Source: Chrysomallon squamiferum (Eukaryota > Animalia > Mollusca). Taken from it: a stretch of DNA of 64,000 bases. The notes under the pieces are model-generated. The model worked only from the letters and a program-made list of their open reading frames with translations. It was not told the DNA's origin and searched no databases. Positions 1-16,071 of this stretch are shown here, in pieces; the first letter of the stretch is position 1; each line of letters begins with the position of its first letter. Position numbers and translations under genes: made by a program. The DNA lies in the NCBI GenBank assembly GCA_012295275.1, contig CM022678.1, forward strand, positions 19,406,001-19,470,000, in the 5' to 3' direction.

Positions 1-111
1 ACTGATGATTTGTTTATTTTAAATTTTATTAATACTAAAACCTTGCAATAATAATTATTGTAAATTTACATCTTGTACTGTTTCTGTAATTTCTGTTTCT
101 TTTTCGTATAG

Positions 112-1651
112 ATGAATATCTTACCAAAATTGAACAGGAGTTGCCAGGAAATAAAAGCAACTTGAAGAATCTCATCACTAGTTTACCTAAAATCATAGAA
201 AGTATGGGGTTTTTTATTGCCTTTTTGGAGTGGGGGTTGTTTGTATTTTTAGGACAAAACCAAGATGTTATAACATACCAATATCAGCCATATCCAAAAA
301 TCATGACAATGCACTGAGTGAATTTCCAGAAGAAAGCAGTGTCTCTCTTAATGTAATTTTCTCTGACTCAAAGGTAATTTTTAAAAAAATCATATCCCTC
401 ATATATCATTCTTGGTGGTTGAGAAAAAAAAGAACTTAACAACAGTGTATATTTCAGTCTTTTTCTAATTATGTTGTGAAAATAAGATGAAGTAGATAAA
501 ATAATTTATCATATATTTTCATATGTCGTATATGATCTGGCTCAAATTTACTTCTGTACTTTTTTTAGAAAGCAAAACTGTTGTTGCATTTCACATTGCT
601 CAATGAAAAATTTCAAATCCTACACCAAAAATATTGTTTTTATAAATGGCTCATGTTTGGTCAGTTTTCCTATTTAGATAAATTTATTTACAGAATAATC
701 ACAGCACACAAGAAAAGAGCTGTGACAGCCAGAAGAAAAAGTCAGACATGAAACAAACTGTACCTGTGGCTGTTGATATGTGTCTGAATTACAATGAAAG
801 GTACAAACAGGCTTCTGGTATGTTTTCTAAGTAAATATAAACCCACACACTTCTGTATAACTGATAATATATGTACAATTCATCGTGCTATAACCACAAA
901 TAGTGGCAACATATTACTACTAAGTCAATTTTTATATTTCTGGCCTCTGACCCCAAAATATAGGTTTTTGGTGATAAATTATTTTTCACTCACACACATA
1001 ATCACATGCACGTATTGTTCAGAGCTACTTCTTTTTCATTTAATTGCTAGTTTAAATCTTAAATGACCATTCTGAATGCAGTTTGTATTTAAAAAATAAA
1101 AAATTGTTTTGTTTTGATCTGTAGTTTTTGCCTCATTTAATCTGGTCATTTTAAGCTTCACTGATATCTTACGATACCAACCAGTTAATTGTATTACCTT
1201 TGTGTGTGTTGTGTGCATGCATGCACACACACACAATTTATAGGAAATAACTAGTATATTAGTTGCCTATTTTTTGAAGACATATTCAGATCAACAAGTA
1301 TTGTCTTACATTTTGATATGAGCTTGATCACGTACATGTGTAGACAGTTGTACTGGACAACCCCTTACACTTTGAGATCTGAGTTTGGAAATGTACAAAG
1401 TTCTTGTAGATTTAATCATGTTTTGTGAAACTATTCATAAACACACACAATGTTTTTTTTAATTCTATTTATACATGTTATATAATCATTTCTGATTGGA
1501 TGCAGTAAATTTCATAATTTGTAGTATACATTCTTCTGATTGGACAGTTTTGATTTCTAGTAATTCAGTGAGATTACACTGTATATAAATTGTTTATTTT
1601 AGCTTGTTTTGAGGAAGATAGTACTAGCGTGACAAACAACGATCAAAAAAA
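112..1651 (+). CDS. Probable internal exons of an unidentified multi-exon gene (candidates 112-201, 253-373, 569-659, 694-800, 1603-1651)
   Basis: Short open segments bounded by pyrimidine-rich ...ag acceptors and gt donors, e.g. 112-201 (D)EYLTKIEQELPGNKSNLKNLITSLPKIIE and 569-659 KAKLLLHFTLLNEKFQILHQKYCFYKWLMF. Splice phases could not all be reconciled and no family was recognised. Confidence 0.3.
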
Positions 1652-1721
1652 GTAAGAAAATTTAACTGTCTTTATTAAACTGTAAATTGTATTTTCTCTG
1701 TACCATTGCAATTCATAGAGA

Positions 1722-1921
1722 NNNNNNNNNNNNNNNNNNNNNNNNNNNNNNNNNNNNNNNNNNNNNNNNNNNNNNNNNNNNNNNNNNNNNNNNNNNNNNN
1801 NNNNNNNNNNNNNNNNNNNNNNNNNNNNNNNNNNNNNNNNNNNNNNNNNNNNNNNNNNNNNNNNNNNNNNNNNNNNNNNNNNNNNNNNNNNNNNNNNNNN
1901 NNNNNNNNNNNNNNNNNNNNN
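1722..1921. other. Assembly gap (200 N)
   Basis: Run of exactly 200 N, a fixed-size scaffolding gap. Confidence 0.99.
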
Positions 1922-2753
1922 TAATTAACTTAAAATAGACATGAAAGAGAAGAATAAAGAAACGAAGAAAGAATGAAAGACAGAAAAACGAAGAGCAGTC
2001 TCATAACGATAATTTGAAAATATATTATGTATATATAAAAGAAATTTCGTATTCATTCATTGACTCATTGTTTCGTTTATCTATTATTTAATGTATTCAT
2101 TAATTAAACCAATCGTTTATTCTTTAATTAATTCGTTTCTTCATTCAATTATTCATTCTTTCGTTCACTGGTTTTATCATTCCGCCGAGGCAGTCTATGA
2201 CATTAGTACTTCTTTACTCACCAGAAACAGTCAACCTCACTTTCCGATTGTTCGTTTTATCTGCGCTGCGTTGACAGTCTAAAAAGAAGAAAGCAGTCTT
2301 AATAATAATAATAATCATCATCAATATCGTCATCACTGTCATCATCTTATTGTTTTTCATTTTCTTCTTTTTTTACTTTTTTTCTTATGGTTGTTTCTAC
2401 TGAAGTTGCTGATTTTTAAATGTTCACTTCTTTTATTTTTACACATAAAATAGTTATTTTATTAATAATTATTATTGTTTTGCTATTAATAAATAAATTA
2501 ATCTAGTGTACAATATCAAAACTGTACGTAATGTTTCTAAAAGAACAGCCAACGCTTACCAATTCGGTTCTGTCTAACAAAAAGTATCCTGGAAAAAGAA
2601 ATGAATTAATACACCACCTTGAAAAATAAATAAATAAATAAATAAATAAAAAGCACACAAAAGGAACAGATAAATATATGAATGTAGGCATGTACATAGA
2701 TATGTATGCAAATATTTACGTAAACAAAGTAATATTTATTTATTTATTTATTT

Positions 2754-5120
<2,367 letters not shown>

Positions 5121-8100
5121 ACGTCTTGCTCTGATATAAATATTAAATTTTATTTGCCCACCAAAATCTTGCTGTTTCCAAAAAGTTTTCTGATCGATTT
5201 ACGTGATCTTATTACTTATGAGCCAAACTGATTTTAATTTAATTTCTTGTGCTGTTTAATTCATGTATCTTAGCGTATTATACGTCCTTGTAGCTGTCGC
5301 AGTAGTTCTTATATATCAATAAATTATTCGTTAATTATATTTATAATTTAATGGACATTCTGTTAGGTAAATTTAAAGCATATGATCGAAAAACATATCG
5401 TAAATGAAACTTCCATGTTCTCTCTGGATGTCCCTAAATCCGAAATTAACCGTCAGTGTTATGTAAGCGACTACTTTCTTCTGTCCTTTTTAAATTCCAA
5501 GAATCGCTTCTACAGCAGGAGAAAATCACCGTAAAAGCCATATAAGGAATGTTTCCTAATAAGGTAATCGTACGAGTAGGTTTAAATATTAAAGAAAACA
5601 TTCTTATCGGGAAAGCTATATCAAATTCATGAACGCGTTTATTATGATGATGTTGATAATGATGATAATGATGATTTTTATTATTATTATTATTATTATT
5701 ATTCGTTAATTTTCTGTTTCTTTTCCTTTTTTCAATCTTCTTCAGAGAAATGAGACTTTCGCCCTCTCTATATTAGTGATTTAAAAAATAATTCCCGTCC
5801 ATTTAAAAGACGTGGTATTTTCTGAGCTATGCTGAATTTTTATTTAACGCTTTGTGTTATTTTTATTATAATTCTTTCTAGTAATAACTTTTATATGTCA
5901 AAAGGAAATTGATGTATATTTTTATACAAACTTAAATATTATTTTGTACGAAATTTAGCAATTTAGCGAACGGGACTAAGCAAACTGAAACAACGAATTA
6001 GTAATTTTCATGGAATTAGAAAAAAATAAGATGAACATTCGTCCAGCGATTTTTTTTTTCTTGTGTATCTAGATACTGAATTAATCAACGCATATACAAA
6101 TGTTATATGAAATACTAAAAAATAAAGCTAACTGTCTATATTTACATAATTTAGCTACGAAATTTCGCGAAACTGATTTAAAAGAAATGAAAGTACTCGT
6201 GACTAATTTTCGTGGAATTAGAGATGTAGGGCAAATATTCGGTTCAACGAACACATTCAAAAGTACCACGTCTACTGTGCGTAAACGGTTTCCAAGAAAT
6301 AACAACAACAACAAGAACAATAACAACAACAAGATCAACAACAACAACAACAACAATAATAATAATAATAACCAGATGAGGATAAGCAGAAGGGTAATAA
6401 TAACTAAAACAAAATAAAATTATTAGATTTTCATAGTTCACGTCAGTTTCGCTCGCATGAAATAATCCTAACCTACATTTCTACTTTTTAATCTAATAAC
6501 AGTAGGACTCTCAAATATTCTTCATGCTATTGGCTTTGATCAGCCTGTATGAATTAAAACTATCACAACTATGAGCCTTTATATAACAATACAGAAAGAG
6601 AAACGAGTGTGTGAAATTAGAACATTGAAATGTGCAAGAAATGTGCCAGAGACTAATAAGATGTATGGGATATTTATAAAGCAGTTTGTAGTGGCAAAGT
6701 TTTCTATTTCTATTTGTATAAATTTGAGTAATCACAGCTGTGTAATGTTTAGGCCAGAGAATAATAAACAAAATGGCCTGCTTCAAAATTTTAAATTAAA
6801 TTATATACAAATTCACAAATAATTCAAAAACAAAAGAGAAAAGAAAAAAGAAAGAAAAAAGCAATTATTTTTCCCTTTATATAATACAAATTTTTATAAG
6901 GCTATCACAATTTTAATGGTTACAAAGACTTCTCATAGATTTACATGTTTCTGAGATAAGGTTGAATGTTCAGTTAATGTGTTAGGTTATTGTTTCTTGG
7001 GTATTTTCATATTACACTTGCTTGTAGGTAGTTATTACGTATAAATCAGCTAACTATTCGTGAATCATAGATATGATTTAATGCACAAGTAATGAGTAAA
7101 CTATTAGTTAATTTATTTATTTTCTTTTGCCATTGTTCTAACCTTAAAAAAAATAATAAAACAAGTTTCCCGCCAATTTACGAGATCTTGTCTCAAAGTT
7201 TACGTTCCTTCAGCTGGATGAATGAACATATTTAGAAATTCGATATGCTAATCAGAGCTGTAGAGTTCTTGTTTCAGAGAGTAATTATCGAAATGACCTG
7301 CGTCTAGATTATATATGTAAAACAAATAAATAAAAAAATAATAATTATATTAATAATAAAAATGTTTTTCCCTCAGGCTTCAGAAAATCGTGATTTTCAT
7401 TAGTCTATCAAAATCCTGTTTGTTTCAGTAAACCTTCGCATCGATCTATGTCATCTTCTCCTTTCTCAAATTTGACTTACTATGTTGTGTTATTTGCTTC
7501 TTTTTATTTATATATTACTATTTATGGTACAAATAACTTTGTAGATAATTCATAAATCATACTTCATATTTTAAATCAAAACTTAAATCAAACTTACACG
7601 TTCTCGCAGGGTGTTCCTTACTCTGAAACGAAGAGTCAAACACTGTGATAGCTTTACCTTTTCAATTATATATATATATATATCAGGTTTCGACTTTACT
7701 TATTGAAATTCCAAGAATCGATACAATAAAACTAGATAATCAATGTGAACGCTATATAGGGAGGTCACCTAATAACGCAATGTAATAACCGTGTTGCGTG
7801 ACAAAAATATAAACACATTCATAACCACATAGCTTTGCTATATCTATGTGTTTTATACGTTATCAAGCCCAGAGATCTTCCATATTATTATTTTCTTTTG
7901 TGTATTTGTAAATTACACATCATGACCTTCTTGTGTGATAACAGTTTTCATTAACCTTATTATTGTTGCCCGCCAGGACAGTCTGTTTTATTTTGTTAAT
8001 ACAGTGAAATACTGAGTTCTAATTAAATATATTTAATATATTTTAGATTTTGAAATATTTATGGAAAACGATATCATCAGGAAGTCTTAGTAATTTTCTT

Positions 8101-8187
8101 CTTTTTTCTTCTTCTTCTTCTTTATTTTATAGTTATTATTCTCATTATTGTTATTATTATTATTATCATTATTAATTATTATTATTA

Positions 8188-8229
<42 letters not shown>

Positions 8230-8419
8230 CAACTATTATATTACTACTATTTCATTCTATTAAACTTCTCTTAACAAACTTTACGATCCAGATTCGTAAG
8301 TTTCTTTTATTGAGGCAAACAGCATTTTTAATCTGCTGTTTCGTTTACCTCTTTTATAATAGTTCGTATCAATACATTAATTTTCGTGCAGTTAGAAATA
8401 GAAAAACATAAACTTTGAG

Positions 8420-9420
8420 TATTGTGTATATCTGAATAAACTGTTAGAATTGTTCTTTTTCAGGTCAAACTAAACGTCTACCCGTCTCTGTGTATGAAGT
8501 TGTTTCGTTATCCGGATTCGCTTCAAGGGGCGGATAATGGGTGGTTGTCAGTTGCTCGGAAGGTTTTCGCGGCTAACAACAACAACAACAATAATAATAA
8601 TAGTAATAATAAGGCGTGTGTATTGAATGCTTTCTGAAATGGTAATGCTATTATATGCAAGAATAAAAACACACTAATCACTGGACGTCCAGTATTTTCA
8701 TTTATTATCATTATTAATTAATTTATTAAATGTTTAGTTTGATGAATGAGTTATTTAAATGAAGGCAGGCTGTTTCTTTTGGTTGTTAATAGAACCAGAG
8801 GTAATCGTTTTCGACAGTTTTTTATTATCGACATGTCGAGTTGACCTGAAAACAGAACATAGACTGCATCATTGTTAATCGTGATTTTGTGTTCTTCTAG
8901 TTTACATTATGAATATTATGCCCATTCTTAAAATATATTTTCTTGTCATCTTTGATATATTTATTTAACTATAACATGTCTTTCAAGACTTTTAAGTTAA
9001 AAGTTAACGATTACAATTGTGTAAATGTTGAACTGACTCACTAAAGAAGTTAAATTCAGTAAAACAAAACAAAATTCGGCCTTAAATGCTGTAATAAAAT
9101 ATTTAAATCTTTATTTATTTGCCACATTTTCTCGGTTTGTGAATTACTCCAAAACGAACAGTAAAAAACTGCGATAAATTTATTTTTCAAACTTATATAT
9201 GTCACATCGTCAATTTTCCTTCTTTTCAAACATTTTTACTTAGGTAACCAGATAAACGTTTTGGAATAATTTTTATTATCGACATGTCGATGACAAAAAC
9301 AGAACAGACATGCTGCATTATGTTAGTCATTATACCTACCTGCTCAGTGTTAAGGAGTTTACCATGACAGAGTTATTTCACCTGAACAAAAGATAATGTG
9401 AACTAGATGAAACTTTGATA
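8420..9420. repeat. Low-copy diverged paralog of 52610-53700
   Basis: Collinear shared words: caaactaaa..gtc..ccgtctct.tgtatgaagt, atgaatgagttattt, aggcaggctg, ttcaagact, ctgactc, gtcgagt.ga.ctga.aacagaaca, ctcagtgttaag.agtt.accatga. Confidence 0.75.
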
Positions 9421-10003
9421 TTTTTCGAGATATTCATGTTTGATATTTCTTTTATTACTAAAATTAATTTGCAATTTTAATCGTAAATGTTTTTAAATAC
9501 ATTTAGGAATCTTTTATAATTATTAACCGTGGAAAAAACAATTTCTTAGCTAAATGCTGTAATAAAATATTTAAATCAAACTTATACATTCTCACGGGAT
9601 GTTCCTTACTCTCAAACGAACAGTCAAAAACTGCGATAGCTTTATTTTTTCAAACTTATATAAATCAGGTGTCTAATTTTCTCATTGAAATTCAAACAGT
9701 TTACACAGTAACTGAAGATAAACAATATATATAAGGTATGTATGACCTTGTCGCATGACAACAATATAAACACATTCACGACAACACCTCCTTGTTATAC
9801 CTACATGCTCTGTAGGATATATGCCCGGTCATAGTCCATTTTATTATGAAGTTGCTAATGCAATATGAAACTGAATTTTTCGAGATCAGTTTGATCGTGA
9901 GATATTCCTAAATTTATTTATTACTGAATTTTATATATATTTCTCGTTATATTTTATAATTGTTGTTATTGTTATTGTTGTTCTTGTTGTTGTTATTATT
10001 ATG

Positions 10004-10076
<73 letters not shown>

Positions 10077-10592
10077 ATTCTTTGAAATCCCGCCTCTAAT
10101 GACGTTGTGCTTTGCTCTCTTTTCGCAGCCATTATCCTAAAATAAAGTTATAAAGTAATTTACCAATATTCTGTTTCGGCTCAAGTGTACTTTCTCTAGG
10201 CCTAACAAAAATGAGCCGGTATATAGCAGCATAGAAACAGAAAGAGGTGTATGAAATTAGGTCACTGAGATCTGCAATAAATATAGCGACTAAACAGATC
10301 CAGAAGATATAAGAAGTATTTGTTAGTAGATTTTTTCTTTCTTTTTATACTATTTTTAGGAATCAAAGATGTGTAGTGTTTAGCATGTTTAGCACAGTCT
10401 CTGAGTCATACACTATTCAACGAAATCAACTCCATCCTCATCTTAAATGTAAAAACATTAAAAATAAAAAATAATAACAATTATAGTAATAAACAAATGT
10501 TTCTATTTATATTCTTATTTTTTTCTTAAGTTTTATATTTTTTAATAATATATTTTATTATTGTTGATTAGGAACAGTAGTGATAGTATAAC

Positions 10593-10659
<67 letters not shown>

Positions 10660-10810
10660 TGTAGTAGTAGAAGTAGCAGTAATAGTATTTTAGTAGTCCA
10701 TACTGTTTCAATATTTTTGAATTAGAACGAAATTTAAATAAATTAAAAAAAAATTCAAATTTAATTTCATTTTCACAATAAAACCAGAAAAGGATTCTCT
10801 AAATCAGCAT

Positions 10811-10816
10811 TTTATT
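10811..10816 (-). terminator. Polyadenylation signal AATAAA of copy A
   Basis: cttgAATAAAatgctga context on the minus strand, followed by a T/GT-rich tract. The same context occurs downstream of all five copies. Confidence 0.6.
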
Positions 10817-11243
10817 CAAGCATAATTACTTTGTATATAGATATAGACAGTTAGACATACAAACACTTATATTAAATTATATTATATTATATTATATTAT
10901 AGATATTATATTATATTACAAAAAAGCCATGATACTTATATTACACTTTAGATTTCACAAATTTCATTTCATAAACTTATTGAAAAATATATTAAAATAA
11001 CTGTATATCGTCTGTACAACCTGTATACGTAGATTAAATGTCTAAGCTGTATAAAGATATCTGTAGCACACCTATATAAGGATTTAGGTTTTTAAAAGAC
11101 ATCGTATTTTTCTACCACTGTTTCATATTCTTAAAACTGAAAAATTCAGTAATCGAAAACATTTCCAGTTCAAGCATTTTCTAGAAGGAATCCGAATATA
11201 AATATAATTATCAGCAAAATTGTTGTTCTTGTTAATCTTCATG

Positions 11244-11280
<37 letters not shown>

Positions 11281-11360
11281 TACAATTATTTCGATTAATA
11301 AAGTTGAACAATCCATAGTGTTCAATTCAAATTATTGTTAAGATCTGTAAATTTTCAAAT

Positions 11361-13501
11361 TTAGAAATTGACGTCAGCATTAACAAGAAGTGGAAAAGTT
11401 TCCAGCAGCCAGTCCACTGCAGTTTTGTCGTCTGCTTCGTCTGCTGGAGTTTTTCCTGTTTTGAAATCATTCAGTTCAGTGACTTGGTGAGTCTCTCCTG
11501 ATTTCAAGCAGACAATCATCATCTTCTCTTTCTTCGTAGCAGTTGCTATTGCCAAATCAATTACCTGTTTCCACTGGGTGTTTGGCGTGTCGGAGTTAAC
11601 AACTACAATAATGCATCGAATAAGAGGCATTAATTGTTCGTAGAAAGAGATTTCATTCATTCCTTCAAACGCAAGTTCATCATTTCTTGTGACTTTCAGA
11701 CCGGTATAATTTTGCAGAATTTCCTGAATTTTGTTTGAAATCTGAGATGTTTTCCAGTCGTCTTTGTCATGCAGAATCATGATATCAGCACCATTTATTT
11801 CATCTTCTTTGTTCGTTTTGTAATAGAATGTAAAAATCCTTCTGAAACAAGACCAAGCTCCACCCGGTGACTCGCCTCTTGATACGATCTGCTCTGCTGT
11901 TTTCAAGTAAATTCGATTGACGAGAGAAGAAGGAACGTGATCAGCTTGTTGCGTGCCCATCAGCAGACTTACACACAATCTGGCATTTTCGTATTTTTCT
12001 TGATTGAGGTATTCCTCTGTAATTCCAATCCAGTCTTGTGGTCCCAGATTTCGCGTTTGAATCTTCTCATAAATTGGAAGAGAAGGGGCGAATTCACTGA
12101 TCATGCAGTATACATTTTTAACTTCCCACGGTATTTCTACTCCACGTGGACCAACCGTTTCCTTCAGCAAATCTGTCACCGTTCTAAAATGAGTTCGATA
12201 TTTGTACAGCACTTCTGTTGCAGAAGCTTCTATAGAAAGAATTTTGTATTTCATATCTTTTTTCTTCAGCCGAGCCTGTTCCTCAGGAGAAAATCTCCAA
12301 TTTTTACTTTTTTCAAAATAGATTAAACTCATATTTTTCCATGCGGTAATTTCTGTGAATGGGTCGGTATAAATGTCAGCTGTTTCTGTTATGATTTTGA
12401 AGTGATGTTCAGCATCTTCATAGCCTTTTTTACTCATATAAGCTAAAGCCAAGTCTAATACTGCAGCATAATTTTCGCTTATTCGAACCGCCTCCTTTAG
12501 ACAGTCAATAGCACGATCTAATGTTTCCGGGTTATTTTGTTTTCTAGCCTTTTTCCGCAGAACCTTTCCCAGCTGATGAAGAGCTTTCGTTGTTCGCCTA
12601 CGACTAACTGAGTTCTCTAACATTTTCTCAGACTTATCCAGTCGCTGTGTGTTTAGAAAATGGTTAGCGCACCTTACAAGTATAAAAGCGTCGTCTTTGC
12701 CTAACTCAAGAGCTTTCTGGAAATATTCCTCACGCGAAAGCAGTCCAGTTTGTTTGTGCACCTCTTCTACCAGCTTTTTGTCTTCAAATGGCTTCCATCC
12801 GAATTCAAGCCGTTTCGCTAATTCCCCAAGCTCAGCATATGCCATGGCATTTAATGGTTCTGGACCCTTACTGCCCACATCCTGTAGCAATTTATAGCAT
12901 CTAACAGCGTATTCAACCACATCGACACCTGGCAGAAATGAGTAACTGTGAAAGGACAGAAATCGTCTAAGTGTGAGACCCTCTCGATATTTCCACTCGA
13001 ATTCGTCTGCATATTTCTCATTTAATGTTCTGTACAGCTTTAGAGCCTTTGGATAAGAAGCTGGTGATAGTCGAGTGTAGCAATAAGCAAGTTCAGCTTC
13101 AGCTACAGCAAGCATTCTGTCCAGGTCTCCCTCCAAGTTTTCCAATTCCTCTAATTCTGATTCAGCAGAACGCTTATCCTGTTTTAGCAGAAATCGCACA
13201 CGATTTGCACGAGCTACAATGTTAGCAGGTTCTCGAGCACGGACTTTCAAATTTATCCCGATTGCCTTGTCTCGATCTCCTAGCAAAAAAAGCAAGAACG
13301 AAATAAAATTGTCGTGACGAGTTGTGTGTGTCTTTTCATTTGGATGACTTTCCACTGAAGAAGGTATGTCTTCTTCCGGTTGTTCCAATTTTTTAAGGAA
13401 TTCTTCTCTGCGCTGTTTTGAGTAGAACATGAGATCTGTGAGATGAAAGGAGTGAGGAAACGATTCCAGTCTATCTTCGAAGGAAATGTCCTCATCCGGA
13501 G
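11361..13501 (-). CDS. TPR (TTC22/IFIT-like) + C-terminal TIR-like protein, copy A; large terminal exon, intact
   Basis: The 689-aa ORF extends in frame upstream to a polyT-ccag acceptor (AG at 13503-13502, phase 1). TPR-like helices: EEYFQKALELGKDDAFILVRCANHF, ALHQLGKVL, AVLDLALAYM. Motifs are collinear with TTC22 (SFHL~HFHL; EPANIVARAN~HPGNLNAWAN; AMAYAELGEL~ALAWCYLGML). TIR-like C-terminus at about 11364-11790: DIMILH..GLKV..RCIIVVV..W. Confidence 0.85.
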
Positions 13502-13590
13502 CTGGAAAAAAAAAAAATTAAAAATATGTTTGATCTTTTATTTTTTTATTAAACTGACGAGGAGTAATGATAATATATTGTTTTTACCGA

Positions 13591-13746
<156 letters not shown>

Positions 13747-13800
13747 TAGGTGTGTGTGTGTGTATAGGGGTGTTTGTTAAAGTTTTTATGTAGATATCTC

Positions 13801-13838
<38 letters not shown>

Positions 13839-15149
13839 AAAGAGATAACAAAGTTTTAATAAAAGTAACCAGAATAAGGTAACATCAATGTTTAAAGCTT
13901 CATAATACAGATCCTGATTAATATTTCTCACCACCAATATTTATCCTGGCAAAATCCGTTTCTATCGATGTTGTACTTTGCTCTTTTCTCGATGTCATTT
14001 TCCTAAAAGTATGTAATAAAATGTTTTAGTAATATTCTATTTCTTATAGCTGTATTTAACGTCATACATTTAAAAAGCCGTGGATAAAAATAAATACTAG
14101 TAATAAATAAAAAATAAATACATAAAAAAAAACGAAGAAAGAAACCGAAAGAGAAAGAAATTGAAACAACATCTTTTTTTAAAATATTATAATAAAAAAG
14201 AAATAAATAAATAAAGAAACAAAGAAATATATGATAATACAGAAACAGAAACGGGTGTGTAAATCTAGGTCACTGAAATATGTAAGAAACATAGCGAGTA
14301 TGAACACCGGGGAGAAGTAATAGTTATTTATAGATTAGTTTGTAGTTGGATTTTTTCTTTTTTCTGTAATGTTGAGCAATTGTAGCTGTCTATGCTTGGG
14401 TCACAGAATAAAATGCTTAAAAAGAAATAAAGTAAAAAGCAAAAAATAAATGTTTCGCGTAACCCTTATCTAAATACTAATTGTATTATGCCACCCAAAT
14501 CTTCCTGGTTCCCAAAACATTTACATGGATTTACGAGTAGTTTCTTTCTTGTGTGTTTGTATATTAAACTTCCTTGTAGTTTATACCTCTTAATAGTCAA
14601 TTAACTGTTCGTGAATTATAGCTTTATTTTAATGGACAGTAAAGTATCTCATCGGAAAAACACACTTAAATCAAAGTTTTACTTATGGAAAAATAATCAC
14701 AATAATAATAATAATAATAATAATAATTATAATAATAATTGGCAATAATAATAATGATATTGAATGTTTCAATAGTTACTTTTCGTTTCATTGATATGAA
14801 AATGTCCTAATTGGTTTTATCTCTATTTTGTACCTTTATTTGTTAACAGCTGCAGGCCCAGAAATTTACTGCTCTTATTCAATGGTGTCAGCTTTTGGCC
14901 CTGAAAACCCATTTGAATATCAGCCCATGAAGCAAATATTAAATTGACGCTTTTCCGGAAACCAAAAAACGCGACGTTTTCCGAGTAAAGAACGAGATTT
15001 CCAAGCCGTTGATAGGCTGCTAACACTATAGTGACATTTTCTTTTTCTATTTTGTACTTCCGGAGGATTCAGAGCTGTGTAGTGTTTGAGTGGGAGAGAA
15101 TGTTACTAAGATGTTAGTTAGAGTCTATATTTTTCCATTAATAATAAAA

Positions 15150-16030
15150 AGAAAATAATTAATGAAATAAAAATCAACGAAGAAAATTTTCGTTTTTATA
15201 TTTAATTTAATGGATAAGATTGTTAGGTAAATTTAAAACATATGGACTGTTATCCGTAAAACTTTGAAAACTAAATATTAAATTTAATAATGCAAAAAAA
15301 ATAAAATATTAAAAAAAAGAAATACTAATCTTTTATTAGGCCATCAAAATCTTACTCTTACAAAAACCTTCCCATTCTTCTGATCTTACAAAAATAAAAA
15401 ATAAAGAAGATTCCCGTCAATTTACGAGATCTTGTTTTAAAGTTTACATTCCTTCAGCTGGATGAATGAACGTATTTAGAAATGTTATATATCTATTAAT
15501 TTTGGCGAACGTGATCACACAAAGTCACAGGACACGTGACTAATTTTCGTGGAAGTAGGAAAATAAGCTATGTTCAGGTATTCGGATCAACGAACACGTT
15601 TAGAAATATCATGAATACTTTGTGAACTCGCTGACTATGTAAACAAACAAACAAAAAAAAACATGTTTCCCTCGCTTGAACTAAACCTAACCTATACACA
15701 ACTCATATTTCGATTTTGTTATCCAAAAACACTAGGATCAACAATTCTACATGTTAATGACTTTTATCAGCCTATATGAATAAAATGTATCGCACCTATA
15801 AGCGACATAAAACACTGCAGGAACAAAAACGTGTGTGCGAAATTAGGTCATTGAAATATACATGAAATATAGCCAGAAAAGTGACCCGGGAGACATAATA
15901 AGTATTTACTAAACAGCTTTTAGTAGGATTTGTTTTTATTTTTATATTATTTTGAGGAGTTACAGCTGTATTGTGTTTGTTTCAGAAATGACCTGCGTTT
16001 TGATTTTAAAAGTAAAAAAATATATATATA

Positions 16031-16071
<41 letters not shown>

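Noticed and set aside
1687-1938. ORFs full of X here and at 36776-37193
   Set aside because: Artefacts of the N gaps.
11361-13501. Bacterial origin or contamination for the intron-free TPR-TIR ORF
   Set aside because: Spliceosomal acceptor, poly(A) signal, microsatellite flanks and similarity to animal TTC22 all point to a metazoan gene.
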